A DNA stretch of 62,849 nt, filler included. It is 13 parts of 13 records of this genome, joined end to end, with 100 filler letters (N's around TTAATTAATTAA, not from the genome) between each part and the next. Parts side by side here need not be neighbours in the genome. Positions count along the whole stretch, not along the records: positions 46,582 to 51,786 come from SRR7504441_12218; positions 51,887 to 55,688 come from SRR7504441_12223; positions 55,789 to 59,576 come from SRR7504441_12225; positions 59,677 to 62,849 come from SRR7504441_12246; 9 more parts are not named here. The stretch is one strand, 5' to 3'. The translations under genes and the position numbers were made by a program. Positions 47,505 to 62,849 of this stretch are shown piece by piece; positions within the stretch are counted from its first letter, which is position 1; every line of letters begins with the position of its first letter. A model generated the notes under the pieces. The model was not told where the DNA came from. It worked only from the letters and a program-made list of their open reading frames with translations, and did not search any database.

Positions 47505-50500
47505 ATGTTCAGTCACAAAAGCCGATTTCGCGGATTGACCAAAACCGTCAGCCAGATTGCCCTGGGCGCGGGTGCTCCGGGGGGGCTCCACACAGGGGAT
47601 GCGAGCGGCCAACACGGGAAGCGCGGTGGGTCGGCTCAGCTAAGCAACCGCCGCCGGAGGGCAAATGCCGAAGCGGCGGAGAGCCAAGGCCGGCAAGAAG
47701 AAGCCGCGGCGGCTGGTGAGCGGCGGAAAGGTCAGCCCGGGTGCCGGCCCAATGGCCAGCCTGGCGGGCAGAACAACCAGCCGGGGAGCGTGTCGGTGCT
47801 CAGCCAAAATGATTCGCAGGACCAGAACGGGCCGGAGGACGAGGAAGCCGCGCGTGTCGGGGCCGGGGCGTGCATCTGCTTTGGGGACATCCTGGTAGTG
47901 TACGACTTTGAGCGGCATGGCTACATCACCTGCGAAGGGTGGGCGTTGGGCCGGTGCTTTGGCTCAGCAGCCGGCAGGGTGCAGCAGCCTAAGCTATACT
48001 CCCAGCTGCTCCAGCAGGATATCGAAATGCCCTCCGACCTGAAAGGTCCCCCGGCCTCCAGGCCGTGCTCACCTGCCGTCAGACTGCTGCTTCCAAGTTT
48101 GCCCCAAGCTCGGGTACTCCAACGCCACTCTCTTCGAGTCGGCGCTGCACAAATACGGGTGCCCGCCAGGCGCACGCCCGAGCTGAGTGCTGTGGCAGAT
48201 TCTCATCACTGTCCAAGTATCTAACTGCACGGCAAAGCCAGCCAGAGATCGACGGGCTGCTCGAGAAAGTCAAGTCCGAGCGGTCCAACAACGCCAGTCT
48301 AGTAGCCAAGGCCCAGGGCCGGTCTGTCGAGTATGGAGATATCGTACAGGCGCTGCACGCGGGGCGCGGCGGCGGCTGAGCCTGGCAATGCAGTTGATTC
48401 ATGTGCGCAGCGGGTTGTTTCTGACAATCAAACAGGACAAGTCGTTCACCGAGGAGAACAGCCAGAACATCGAAGTGCTTCCCAACGGGTGATGCTTGAC
48501 TGAGCGCCGCAATGACCGGTGGCAGCAATCCGCTCTCATGGCTGCGAATTCTACCTGGATACAAGATAATGAAGCTCCACGACCAGGTGGGCGCCTCTAC
48601 CCTGCGTGGGTTAAACGCGCGGGCAGGTCTTGTACGGGGACGCGCTGCAGTTCGAGGCAGTCAAGCAGCCACAGCTCTCACTGAACATATCAACCATTCG
48701 AGGCGACGCCGACACATCCGCCGGGACAACGTCTGTTTCACCACCGAGTGGCAGCTAGACATGCTTGGAGGCTCAGCGCCCTACCTGGGCGGCCAGGCAA
48801 GCGGGCCATCCTCCGCCTTGTGGCCAGCCCGTGTGGACAGGTGTTACTCAAGAGCCGACTATGCGATTTGGTGGATCTGGTCCTAGGTACGAGGACTGTG
48901 TTGGGATTGTGCAGAATTATGCAGAGCTCAAGGTGGCTACGGATGTGGACCAGCAGCTGAATCCTAGCCAGAGGTTGCTGCATAAAAGCATATGCGACAT
49001 GGGCGCCTCTTTGCTGGTGCATGGCTGCCTACACATTAAAGACAGGCCCATGCTGGTGCCAGACATCCAAAAGATGTCTGAGTTCCTGGAGCCATGGATG
49101 GCATTACTATCGTGCGACCGTCAGATTTCTAACTATGAGGAGAGATTTGCCTTCAATGACAATACTGAGACAACGATCTTAACCAAACTGCAGATCCTCA
49201 AGCAGCTTAAGTATGCCACTGACTGCTGCATCGAGGTTCAGCTGCAGGCCGCCTTTCAGCAGTACAAGCAGCTCTTCAGTAATGGCCATGCCAAGCCCAG
49301 GTCCAGCGCTCGCACCAAGCGCGACCATCTGGACCTGAACCCCTTACATTATCTGGATGAGAAGAAGCTCTGCATGCGATCCGCTGATTCTATGAAGTCG
49401 CCGAGGATGCTTCTCTGCATTGTGATATTGCCATTCTGGGACAGGCCAATCCCGAGATGCATCCCAGCCATCATCATTTGTGGATTGTAACTAGAAACTG
49501 CGCTCATCACGCAATCACTGGCACCCAGATTAACGTACTTGTTCTGGACCCATTGTAGCAGCTTGGTCCGATAGTACGCAGGCATGGATTCACTGCCTTT
49601 GGTGAGATCCTCGCTATTGCAATACATATTCCAGTTATCTTGAAGTCGGTACTGCTGTGGGTCATCCATATACCTGCAAACAACGACATGATCCTCTGTG
49701 GTGCTGAAACTGATGTGTGGCATCTAAGAATTCTAATGAACTGCCAACAGCAGATTACCAACTTCACTTCACTCCCCGGTCAACAGTGCGCCGACGTGAA
49801 CGCGGCCTTCTCAGAAATCTTTGTTCAAAATTTGATGTCAAGAGGCGACAATTCTGAGCACAACGACCACCTGAAGCATAAAACGGGTGACCCTGCCACG
49901 CCATAAGGCTGTTGTCATGGCTTCGTGTGCAGGTCCCGTTTATGCTAAATGATCGCTCACGCCTGCTCAGGAGTCTTAAGGATCACCAGAAGGCGTCTGC
50001 AGGTTCTCACAGCGTCGACAAGATCCGTCGGCTGCTAAACTCCAACGCTAGGGAAATCGAGACTGTGGAAAACATGCTCAAAATGCGGCCATGGCACAGA
50101 AGCTTGATGTCGACGAGGAAAGTAAGACCATCCACAAAGAAGCAAAAGCCCAGATAAAAGCCCAGGATGAGAGCGCAAAGGTGGTTAGAAAAGTCAGAGT
50201 CCAAAACGATGCAGCATGGAGCTTTGATATAAACATTGAAATGAGTACACTGGGCTTGAAAGCTATGTAGTTGAGAGCTTCAACCGGATGGACCCGTGCT
50301 TCATTCCTGTGGGCATCTGCGTGGCAACCAATTCCCTCGGCAGTGGGGCTCAGGAGGACTCGGAACAGACTCGGGGTAGGGGATCAAGTGCGGGCACTGC
50401 TCAACAACTCAGTGGCTTGATTGAAAAGATTGCTTCCCTCGAGGAAAGCATCAAGGAAGCAGGTGATATAGCGTCCATCAACCGCAACGACGTACTCGCT

Positions 50501-50587
50501 GGGCTGCTAGCAACGCAGAGTCCGGAGACGTTGCAAGCAGTAGCTGATCTTCTAGCGGAGCGAGCTGCCCTAGAAGCGGAACTTTAG
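47505..50587 (+). CDS. IP3-receptor-like protein (N-terminal/MIR-like and RIH-like segments); apparently truncated or degenerate
   Basis: FGDILVV...GYI, YGDIVQLIHVRSGLFL, SWLRILPGYK and TKLQILKQL resemble ITPR motifs. The 3' splicing is unresolved. Confidence 0.55.
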
Positions 50588-50737
50588 ACACACTCCGTAC
50601 TTTAAGACAACTCGACGCTGTTGTCTCGAGTACGAGTACTCGTATGGTTCACTTTAGCCGGTGGTGGAATTTGTAAATATGCGCTTTAGCTGTAAATAAA
50701 GCTAACCAGCGTCCTAGACATTCAAGGCACCATATGA

Positions 50738-51410
50738 TTAGACCATTTCAGCATTGCTTTTACTACCAGTTCGGCCTCGCGGTCGCACGCCACACGCATT
50801 TTTAGTTGTGACGGGCATGAACCAACCACAGATAGGCAGCGCCAAAAAATACAGCATAAATGCACCCAGTGGCGCTAGGACCGCCCATGCCTGGCACAAC
50901 TGTGAGCGATGGAGTGATGGGCCTGGCATACCAATATAGCCTGGCACACCATCACTCTTCCGAGGGCCATCGCCCCCGAGAAGTCGCTTCGAAGCATCTG
51001 CAGCGAGTCGGTCAGCGGCCAGTGGGCGAGCACACCGTGAGCAGCTGGACTGCGCTCACGCCGGACCCGCGCGAGAAGGTGAGAAGCTGACCCACCCAGA
51101 CGAATGCAGGGAAGGCCGCCAGCATCAATGGCGTGGACAGCAGGTTGAAAACCTGGGAAACCACCGGATTGATATTGTACCCAGCGTACGCGAACATGAG
51201 CACGAGCCCGGCCACGGGCAGGAACCCGGTCCCTGGGATCGGCCAAATCCCCCCGTAGAGTCCTACTGCCACGGCGAGCGCGAAGTCCCGCTGGTTCAGC
51301 CCGCTTTTGAGAGCAGCGAGCAGCGGCCCGCGCACTTTGGACTCGAAGAAGCCAGTTCCGGCAGTGGAGCCAGTGCCGGGCGAGCTCTTATTGACAATCC
51401 CCAGCGCCAT
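50738..51410 (-). CDS. DUF2062-like membrane protein; spliced
   Basis: ALAVAVGLYGGIWPIPG, FNLLSTPLMLA, CQAWAVLAP. Confidence 0.65.
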
Positions 51411-51510
51411 GTTGTGCGGAGATAGCCGGTGCACTGCAGCGGCAGCAGGTGGCTGAAACGACACGCTCCGGCAACGGGAAACGGCACCAGCCACGCTGAG
51501 CGCTCTCGTC

Positions 51511-51786
51511 ATGAGCGGAGAGCTGGATGAGGAGGAGGGCGGCGAGTTCCGGCCGTTCATAGACGTGCTTGCGGATGTACGCCCCGCGCCGGCCCCGCAG
51601 CCGGCCGCCGCCCCCGCGCTGCTCAGTCAGATCCGGCGGTCGGTGGTCGGCCGGCTGCGCCCGATCCGGTCGCCTTTCGGGCGGACAGTGCCTTTGGTGT
51701 ATGCCGACTGGACAGCCTCCGGCCGGCCGCTGGGCTCGATCGAGCGGTACATGCAGCACCAAGTGATGCCTCTGTACGCCAATACG
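51511..51786 (+). CDS. Class V aminotransferase / cysteine desulfurase-like protein; N-terminal fragment
   Basis: PFGR..LVYADWTASGR....IE.Y....V.PLYANT. Confidence 0.85.
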
Positions 51787-52147
51787 NNNNNNNNNNNNNN
51801 NNNNNNNNNNNNNNNNNNNNNNNNNNNNNNTTAATTAATTAANNNNNNNNNNNNNNNNNNNNNNNNNNNNNNNNNNNNNNNNNNNNAGGCCGCCCACGAC
51901 ACACGCGGCCGCGGCCACCGAGGGGCCGCCGATCATCTGCAGGGCCACTGCCGGGCTGATCTCAGGCCGACCGTGCTGATTGCACAGGTGGCGCACCCCC
52001 AGGTGCACACGGGGCTGTGGTAGTTGTGGAAGTCTTTCAATCTTGTGGCCAGCGTTGGGAGAAATCAGCGCAGGAAAACCGGCACCCAATTAAAAAATTA
52101 TTTTGTGGCCAAAGCCTGCTCGACTGGCTGCACACTGGAAATAAAAA

Positions 52148-54159
52148 ATGAACCCGAACGCCCTGCCGGCACTTCAGGGAGCGTGTCTGGGCACTGCCGC
52201 GGCAAGCCCTCACACCGTCTGCGGCACTAGCCAGCCACACGTATCTGCCGCGACTCGCACCGGGCCCCCCACCACGCTGCAACTGATGGCTTGGCTGCTG
52301 TTGCTCCGGAGCCGAGTGCCGGCCGAGCTGCATCAGCCCTTCGACGACTGGTGCGCCCGGCAGCTGCCCGCGAGCCGCGGCTGGAGCCCCGACCGGTCCG
52401 AGCACCTGGTCTGGCTCCGATGCGACCAGCCTGATCTCGACAGCTCGGCTGCCCGGCTCCAGACCCGCTGGGCTGACCAGGTGCGCACCACCCGCGAGCT
52501 GTATCAGGTGGCCGCGCCGGATCCCAGCCCGCCCGAGGCCGCGGTGGTGGGCCTTGCAGCGGACGCGGCGGCAGTGAGGCCTGAGGGCGAGGAGCCCGCA
52601 GCGAGGCCTGAGGCCGAGAAGGGAGCAGTGGAGCCGGTGGCGCCTGTGGTCAAGCGGCCCGGGGCTGTGCGGGTGTGCACGGCCGACGCCAGCCACGGGA
52701 TAGACGTGCTACGACTGGTGATCAAAGAGAGCTGCTGGCTCCGGCAGGTCAAGGCCCGCAGTAAGGCCGACCTCCATTGGTTTGCCACCAGTAGCGGCGA
52801 TGGGTTCTTGGACCGTTGCGCTGGGCTGAAGCCAGGCCAGTGGATGAACAAGCTAATGGGGGCGCACGAGGGCTGTAAGAAGGCCGTGCTCAGCCGGGCG
52901 TTTGGCCGGTTCTCGCTGTATCGGAAATTTGGGTTCCTGCCAACTTCGTGGATCCTTCCGCAGCAGACAGAAGCGTGTGCAGCTAGCATGCAGAAGGCTG
53001 GCAAGGGATCCCATTGGATATGTAAGCCCACTGGTGGCTCACAGGGCAAAGGAATCTTTCTCGTCTCGAACTGGCAAGATCTGGCCAACAAGCTGGTACG
53101 GGCGGGGCTGGCGGTTGCGGATTGGATGGGCAGTTTTCTCACGGGATAGACAAGAGCAAGTCCCTGCTCGTCCAGAGGTACATCTGCAGCCCGATGCTAC
53201 TCCAAGGCCACAAATTCGATCTCCGGTGTCCATTCGCGTGTGCTCTCTCACGGTTGGGCAGGCTATATGTGCTTCTTGTTCAACCGGAAGGCGGAGAGTA
53301 TCAGTTGTACTTGTGCCCTGAGGGCCTGGTAAGGGTGTGCACTGAGCCTTACAATCGGCCTACCGTAAAGAACTTGCACAAGCTAATGGGGCATTTGACC
53401 AACTCTTCTCTCAATGCCCAGTCTGATAAGTATGTTGCTGCCGGCTCCGCCAATGATGCAGAGTCTGGCTCCAAGCGCACCATGAGTGCAGTGATGGCCC
53501 AATTGGCCCAAGTCGGACTCGACACTGGCCAGCTCTGGGCGGCCCTGGGCCAGCTGTGTGCAGAGTCCGTGTGGGTGATGCTCCCCGGGCTCAACGCCGC
53601 CCGGGCCCGGACACAGGCTGCGAGTGGCGGGCTAGCTGGCGGAGCCTTTCAGGTTTTGGGCGTGGATGTGCTGCTCGGAGAAGACGCTCGGCCACACCTG
53701 ATGGAGGTCAATGCCAACCCAAGCATAGCGCTGTATCACACGAGCAGCCCAGACGAACCGGTGAACCCAGTCGATATGGCTGTCAAGCGAGCAGTAGTGG
53801 CCGGGGCGCTTGCGGTGGTTCTAGGTCACAGCCATCCGGACTGTCCTGTGTACGAGCCACTGGATATGCCGGAATGCGACACCGTTTGGCACCGCATGGC
53901 GCAGGCATATAGTCAGGCAGTTGGAGGCGCGCACGAGTTGACAGGGAACAGCTTTCGCCGGCTGCTGCACGAGAGTGGAGTTGCCCCACCGCTGATAGCC
54001 GACGAGGTGTTCCGGCAGATGCGGCACCAAATGAATGAGCAATACAAAGGGATCGGTCTTGAGGCGTTCTTCGATATGGTAAAAGAGATAGCATGCAAGC
54101 GCCACAGGGATTCTGACGAGCTCGAGGCCCTGCAACTCATATGCGAGTCGTTTGAATGA
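52148..54159 (+). CDS. Tubulin-tyrosine-ligase-like polyglutamylase (TTLL family); at least 2 introns
   Basis: WICKPTGGSQGKGIFL, VQRYI..P.L...KFDLR, HLTN.SLN, LGVDVLL, MEVNANPS. Confidence 0.92.
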
Positions 54160-54243
54160 TCGGAATAGCCGATTAATACACTACATGTAATTTTGAGTTA
54201 TTAGCTTATGTTTAATCCGACTCATTGGCTTTGCTTGGAGGAA

Positions 54244-55518
54244 TCACGCTTGACGTTCACCGAGGAGTGCCCATTTCAACTCGTAGCCTACACACACAAT
54301 CCCCCGCGCTATGTACCCAAGAGCGTTCATCCTAGGCTGATCGTCCGTGTACCCAGAGATCTTAGAGTCGCCGGAGCTTGCGCTACCACACGTAGAACCC
54401 GCAAGACATTGTCCACTCCTCGGACAATTTTCCGTCCCGAGAAGCACGGGATATCTCGCCGGGTCATCACCGATGTGGCGCCCCGGACCATCGGGATTCA
54501 GCCACGTCGTCTTTAAAACCCCGAGACAATCGACTAAATCAGAACGGTCAAACCTCCTTTTGAGTGCCTGTCGCTGATAGAGTGTGTCGTCCGTCGCGAG
54601 GCGAAGCACATATGATGCACGCGGAGCCCGAGGAGGATCCTCTTGGTGCGGCGGTGGGAGGCTCCGATGGGCGATCTCAAACGAAAAGAGGAGGACATCC
54701 CCTCGCGCTGGGCAAACAATCTCCGTGGCTCGACTGCCTTTGCCACCGGTACTCGTTGCTGCTCCCGTCGTCGTCTCCGTCGACCAGAGACCCAATCGAC
54801 GCAGGGTTGGCTCCAGATTAGACGTCGTGTACATTGCCTGGCGCAACCTCTCCTCCAAATGAGGCGGGACCCGGTCCTGCGGAAGAAACTCGGTGCATCC
54901 GTACCCTTCCGCCATGTTTACCAGCGGCACAAACAATGTCATAACCGAGCTCGGTGGCCACAGCCGGAAGTTGCCATCAATGTGGAATCGCCGGAACCCG
55001 CGTTGGGGTTCTTTGATGTGCTGCCTGTTGAGGAGCAAAGCATCGTACACGTAGCGGAGGCGGGTCGCATTTGACAGCACCGCCCGGCCGATCTGGACCA
55101 ATGCCGACCCACGCAGCAAGGCCGAGGCGAGCTCTGGGTCATGGATCGCTGTCCCATGAAAGAATGGGTTGCTCTGGGGCCGACGGCGCCTGTTCACCTG
55201 TGCCAGCGTGCCCTCCCGAAAGGCATCGAGCGCAGCGATTGCCGGTCGGGGCAGGATCTTCTTGAGGTGCACGAACCCCCGCCGCTGATACTGCGCCACT
55301 TCCTCCGGCGACACTGGCCTCAGCAGCGTGGGCCCGGCCGCTCTGGCACTGGAGAGCACCGACTGGCGGTGCTCAGGCTGCATGCCGACCCACACCCCGT
55401 TGAAAGCGAGCCGGAAGATCGGGGCCATGAGCTCTCCAGGCGAGACCGAAGTGAGCCAGGCCAGGACTGCCGCAATGAGCAGGCCACATGCTGAGGCACA
55501 CCGAAGAGCTGCGCACAT
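54244..55518 (-). CDS. PhyH-family 2OG-Fe(II) dioxygenase with N-terminal anchor
   Basis: YQRRGFVHLKKIL, FHID (HxD), GDVLLF...AHRS, R.SY..R. Confidence 0.8.
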   Translation of the reverse strand: MCAALRCASACGLLIAAVLAWLTSVSPGELMAPIFRLAFNGVWVGMQPEHRQSVLSSARAAGPTLLRPVSPEEVAQYQRRGFVHLKKILPRPAIAALDAFREGTLAQVNRRRRPQSNPFFHGTAIHDPELASALLRGSALVQIGRAVLSNATRLRYVYDALLLNRQHIKEPQRGFRRFHIDGNFRLWPPSSVMTLFVPLVNMAEGYGCTEFLPQDRVPPHLEERLRQAMYTTSNLEPTLRRLGLWSTETTTGAATSTGGKGSRATEIVCPARGDVLLFSFEIAHRSLPPPHQEDPPRAPRASYVLRLATDDTLYQRQALKRRFDRSDLVDCLGVLKTTWLNPDGPGRHIGDDPARYPVLLGTENCPRSGQCLAGSTCGSASSGDSKISGYTDDQPRMNALGYIARGIVCVGYELKWALLGERQA

Positions 55519-56235
55519 CACCGTCTACTGCCCGCGCATCTCAGAAGAAATCAATCCTATTCAAGTACTATAATATTAATAGTACGGGCGAGACCGCGAG
55601 AGTCCGTGCGAGGTGTCCCCAACTGTCCACTTGTCGGTTGGGTCTGGAGGAGACGCGCTGGGGGAGACATTGGCGTCCTGGCGGTGGCNNNNNNNNNNNN
55701 NNNNNNNNNNNNNNNNNNNNNNNNNNNNNNNNTTAATTAATTAANNNNNNNNNNNNNNNNNNNNNNNNNNNNNNNNNNNNNNNNNNNNTTAGAATGAGTC
55801 GGTAGAGTGATTTCCGTTATTTGAATTAATTAGTTAACTCGCTGCCTTCTGTTGTGTAGGTCATCCCTTTGCTGAGTCGCTAGCTCCCTCTCCGCCTCCG
55901 CCCTATCCCTATGGACTATGGTCTGAGTCTGGGAGGATTCAGCCCCTCGAGCCAGCAGTGTGTTATAAATATCCTGAACGAGCTCTAGTTGAACTGCGTT
56001 CTTCTCCGCCTCCTTTGTCATGTGCTTTAGACTTTTCAAGTGCGTACTAGATTTATCTATACGTCAGTCCTTAACTATTGGTAGATAGATAGACGTTTCT
56101 AGTACTGGATCTGTCTGAATATATACCCTAATCGTTGGCTCAATATGCTCAGCACTAGGTATTCTTTTTGCACTATGCATTGGCAACAATGCTTGTCGTC
56201 ATTGACCAGGTGCAATTATTCGATAATGGGTGGAT

Positions 56236-59466
<3,231 letters not shown>

Positions 59467-59676
59467 GTCAGAACCACCTCGAACCGCTCGCTCAGTGTGT
59501 GGAGCAACGGAAGAAACGGCCGGGGTGCCCTGGGCCCTGGCGTGCTGTGGCTCCGGGGTGCCCTGGCGGGGATGGANNNNNNNNNNNNNNNNNNNNNNNN
59601 NNNNNNNNNNNNNNNNNNNNTTAATTAATTAANNNNNNNNNNNNNNNNNNNNNNNNNNNNNNNNNNNNNNNNNNNN

Positions 59677-60208
59677 CATCTCGAAGAAGGTGGAGAGGCG
59701 AGAGGCAAAGCGGGAGGAGAAGGCCGAGGCGGCGGCCACGCTCGACAAAGCCATCGAGAAGGAGCTGCTTGCGCGGCTGGATTCGGTGCGTGGCAGCCGA
59801 CACTGCCGAGCGCTGGTGGCCGCGGGCTGACGGGCCGGCAGGGCACTTACGGGGACATTTACAATCTGCACCAGAGCAAGTTCGACGAGCTGCTCGACCA
59901 GAAGCAGGCCGATGCGGACGAGGACCTAGATGAGGGCGAGGAGTTCGATGACGAGGTGCGGCTGGCCCCGGGCTGGCGGCGAGCCTGGGCAGATGGAGGG
60001 GGAGCACGAGTTTGTGGAGGAGTATTTAGACATGGACGAGGAGGAGATGGAGGACCAGATGGCCGAGCCGGGGGGCAGCAAGGGGCGCAAGAGGATCTCG
60101 CGCGATGGTGAGGATGACGAACCGCAGCTGCGCCGGAAGCGCAAGCCTAGGATGGAGATAGAGTATGAGATGGAGACTGAGGGCGAGCCGATACTCAACG
60201 TGATCTGA
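59677..60208 (+). CDS. MAK16: MAK16 ribosome biogenesis protein; 3' part
   Basis: KKVERRE..RE.KA..AA.LDKAIEKELL.RL..GTYGDIYN, acidic tail, MEIEYEME. Confidence 0.9.
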
Positions 60209-60425
60209 TCCCTCAAACGCGGTCGGCCCTATGCCGATTGATTAAAATATAAATTCTTGCACGCGAGATCTCATTACGATACGCAATACATTCTACGCAA
60301 AGGCTACCGCCATATTGTTGCAACGCCAGGCAGCCACACGCTAATGGGCGCACCCAGCTGGCACAATGCTACCTAACCGTACCGAAGTCGGCGCCCGCTG
60401 TTCCAACGGTTGCGAGTGGGTTGGC

Positions 60426-60856
60426 TCACGAGGTGCGGAAGATGATGTGATAGCCCGAGTCCGAGAGCACGATCCCCGACATCTTGCCCGGCGGGGTCGC
60501 CCTGTCCCTCCGTGAGCCCGCCCCCGGCTCGGCCAGCACCGGGTGCCTTCCTCAAACTGGCTCTGCATTTCGCCCGGTCCGAAGGTTCCGAGGCTGCCCC
60601 CGTCCCTGAACGATCCGCAGTCGCTCCGCTCGGTGGCATACTTGGCAAACACTTCCTCGGTGGCGCCCTGCCGCCGCCAGTCAGCCTGGGCCGGCTGCAC
60701 CGGTGCCTCGGCGTTGATCTTTTCGATGTATTGATTCAATTCCTCCTGGGCAGCCTCGGCCGAGATCCCCGCGGTGCTTGCGCCGGTCCGCCGGCTGACC
60801 GGGTTGCGGCTGCCGGAGAACTTGATCAGCAGGTGCCTCGCGCCCATTTTTGACAT
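60426..60856 (-). CDS. Single-domain Pin1-type parvulin PPIase (no WW domain); 2 introns
   Basis: RHLLIKFSGSRNP.S, RSDCGS...GG.LG.FGPGEMQ..FE, SGIV.SDSGYHII.R. Confidence 0.9.
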
Positions 60857-60986
60857 CTGCACAAGCCGGCACGCATCAGTGGCTGGCCCTCACCGGGACT
60901 CGGGAGGTCACCTTTGAGCTGATTTGTCCGTTACAGCTGCAGTGACTGTTGGCCCGGTCAGCTTGCGGTCGAGTGAGAGAAGAGAC

Positions 60987-62791
60987 ATGGGCACGACGGC
61001 AGAGGGGGGCGAGTCCGAGGAGGCCGCCGCTGCGGGAGAGCCGGAGCAGCCCAAGCTGTCGCCCACCACGGCGTTTGCGCTCAATTTCCTCAACATGTTC
61101 GGCACCGGGTGACTCGGCCCGCCCGCCCCGCTCAGCCGCGCGCAGGCCGTTCATCACCATCCCGCTGGTGATCCGGGCCTCCAGCCCGGCCGGGCCGCAG
61201 CACCTGCTCGGCTACGCCGCCGCCGCGGTGCTCTGCGTGCTCGACTCGCTGATTTGGGCCGAACTGGGCTCCACGCTCCCGCGGGCCGGCGGGTCGTACG
61301 TCTACCTGAAGCAGAGCTACGGGCGGGAGGGCTGGGGCAAGCTGATGGCTTTCCTGTTCATCTGGCAATTCGTGTTCACAGCCCCGATGGAGGTCGACCG
61401 GCCGGGCGGGCAGCCGTGAGCGCGGGGCAGATCGCGTCGGGGTTCATCGCGATGGCGCAGTACCTGGGGTACATCGTCGGCATGAACGACCCCTGGAGCA
61501 ACTCGCTGCTGGCCGGCTGCTTCTCAATAGCCTCGACGGTGCTGCTCTACAGGGACACCTCAGGCGTGGCCGCTGTCACCCTGGCGCTCTGGCTCGGCAC
61601 TGTCGTAGCTATCGCAGTCACGCTTGGCGCCGGATTTGCGCACTTTAACCCAGATAACCTGGGCGAGCCGCCGGCGGGCACGTTCGAAGGCACTGGCTGG
61701 CTCATTGGGTTCATGGCTGCGGCCCGATTCGGAGTGTACGACTTTGCTGGGTATTACAATTGCTGCTTCTCGGGTGACAGAATGCACAACCCGAAGGTGA
61801 ACATCCCGCGCTGTGTGATCGGGAGCGCAGTGCTGGTCTCTGTGATTTACGGGCTGGTCTACCTGGCGGTGATGGGCTACTTGCCCTGGTTTGGACCGGA
61901 CGGGTTCGCTGCACCGGATTCGGCGGGTGGGCAGTACATTATGAGCGTGTTTTACGAGAAGATGTTTGGCGATGCTGCGGCGATAGGTTTCACGCTGCTG
62001 GTGGCTGTCACTATATTCGGATCCAGCTTCAGCATGATGTACGCGTACACCAGCATCCCGTACGCGGCTGCGCTGGAAGGCGACTTCTTCAGCCTGTTCG
62101 GACACACCCATCCTGCTCAGCCGGGGCTGGCAGACTATTCGCTCCTGGTCCTCTCCGGCGTGACGTGCCTGGCCGGTGCCGGCGCTGGCCGAGTTGTGGG
62201 CCAGGTTGCTGTGCTGCTTTGTGCGGCTGGAGCTTGTGATCGAGGGCATGCTCGTCGCGAGGCTGCTGGTACAGTTTGCTGCCCAAGCGGTCGGGGCACT
62301 GCTGCTCCGGAGGCGGCGGCAGAGCCTGATGGCGGAGCTCTCTGACGCCGATGCGAGCGTGGAGCCGGCGCAGAGCGGAGGAATGACTGAGACAGAGAAG
62401 GCTGAGCTGGTTGCAGAGATGGCGGATCCTGGTTTCAGGGCACCCGGAGCCCCTCTGCTCAACCTGCTGGTGGCCGGGAGCTTCCTGACGCTCTTCGGGA
62501 CCACCCAGAGCTACCTGGTCACGGGGGGCGCCCCGCTGCTCGAGGTGCGCACCGGGCTGGGCGCCGCTGAGCTGGGGGCGGCAGTTGAGCGTGCTGATGA
62601 TCTTGGCTGGTGTCGGGGCCTTCATGGTGCGGGAGATGGTGATCTACTGGCGGGGGGTGCTGGACAACCCAGCGGACTACTACGGGGTCCAGCGGCCCAG
62701 GGACACAAGCCAGGACGGAGTCGCCCTAGGACAGCCGCTGATCGAGGAAGACAGCCTCAAAGAGGATAGACTCCTCGCTCGGCTCGGATAG
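60987..62791 (+). CDS. APC-superfamily amino acid permease; multi-exon
   Basis: NMFGTGPFITIP, WAELGSTLPRAGGSYVYL, YDFAGY, multiple TM helices. Confidence 0.9.
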
Positions 62792-62849
62792 CAGGCCTTC
62801 CCTAAAGCTTCCTTCCTTCCTGAGTGATTTTATATTCCTGTAAGGTATC

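Noticed and set aside
55830-56039. 69-aa ORF downstream of AlaRS
   Set aside because: No ATG at the annotated start, no recognisable motif, contig-edge AT-rich context.

Overview
This is eukaryotic, not prokaryotic, DNA. Thirteen contigs of about 3-8 kb are joined by artificial 100-nt spacers (N44-TTAATTAATTAA-N44), so adjacency across spacers means nothing. The genome is very compact and GC-rich and looks protist-like. It uses the standard code and has many tiny (~36-55 nt) GC-rich spliceosomal introns, several with GC-AG ends. Head-to-head gene pairs have start codons only ~30-130 bp apart and often share a CCGTTA(C)/AACGG motif. Housekeeping genes include SmG, AlaRS, MAK16, a Pin1-type parvulin, a TTLL ligase, a TPK-type K+ channel, an R-SNARE and an APC permease. 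The most striking item is an intronless gene resembling the bacterial cupin DMSP lyase DddL, on the same contig as an intron-containing eukaryotic gene (candidate horizontal transfer). Unusual fusions: thioredoxin-GH18-cystatin, EF-hand-class I aldolase, RhoGEF-isochorismatase-WW and C2H2/WW-fucosyltransferase. There is also a Trl1/Rnl1-like RNA ligase. All family calls come from motif recognition by eye; no searches were run, and exon boundaries are hand-inferred.
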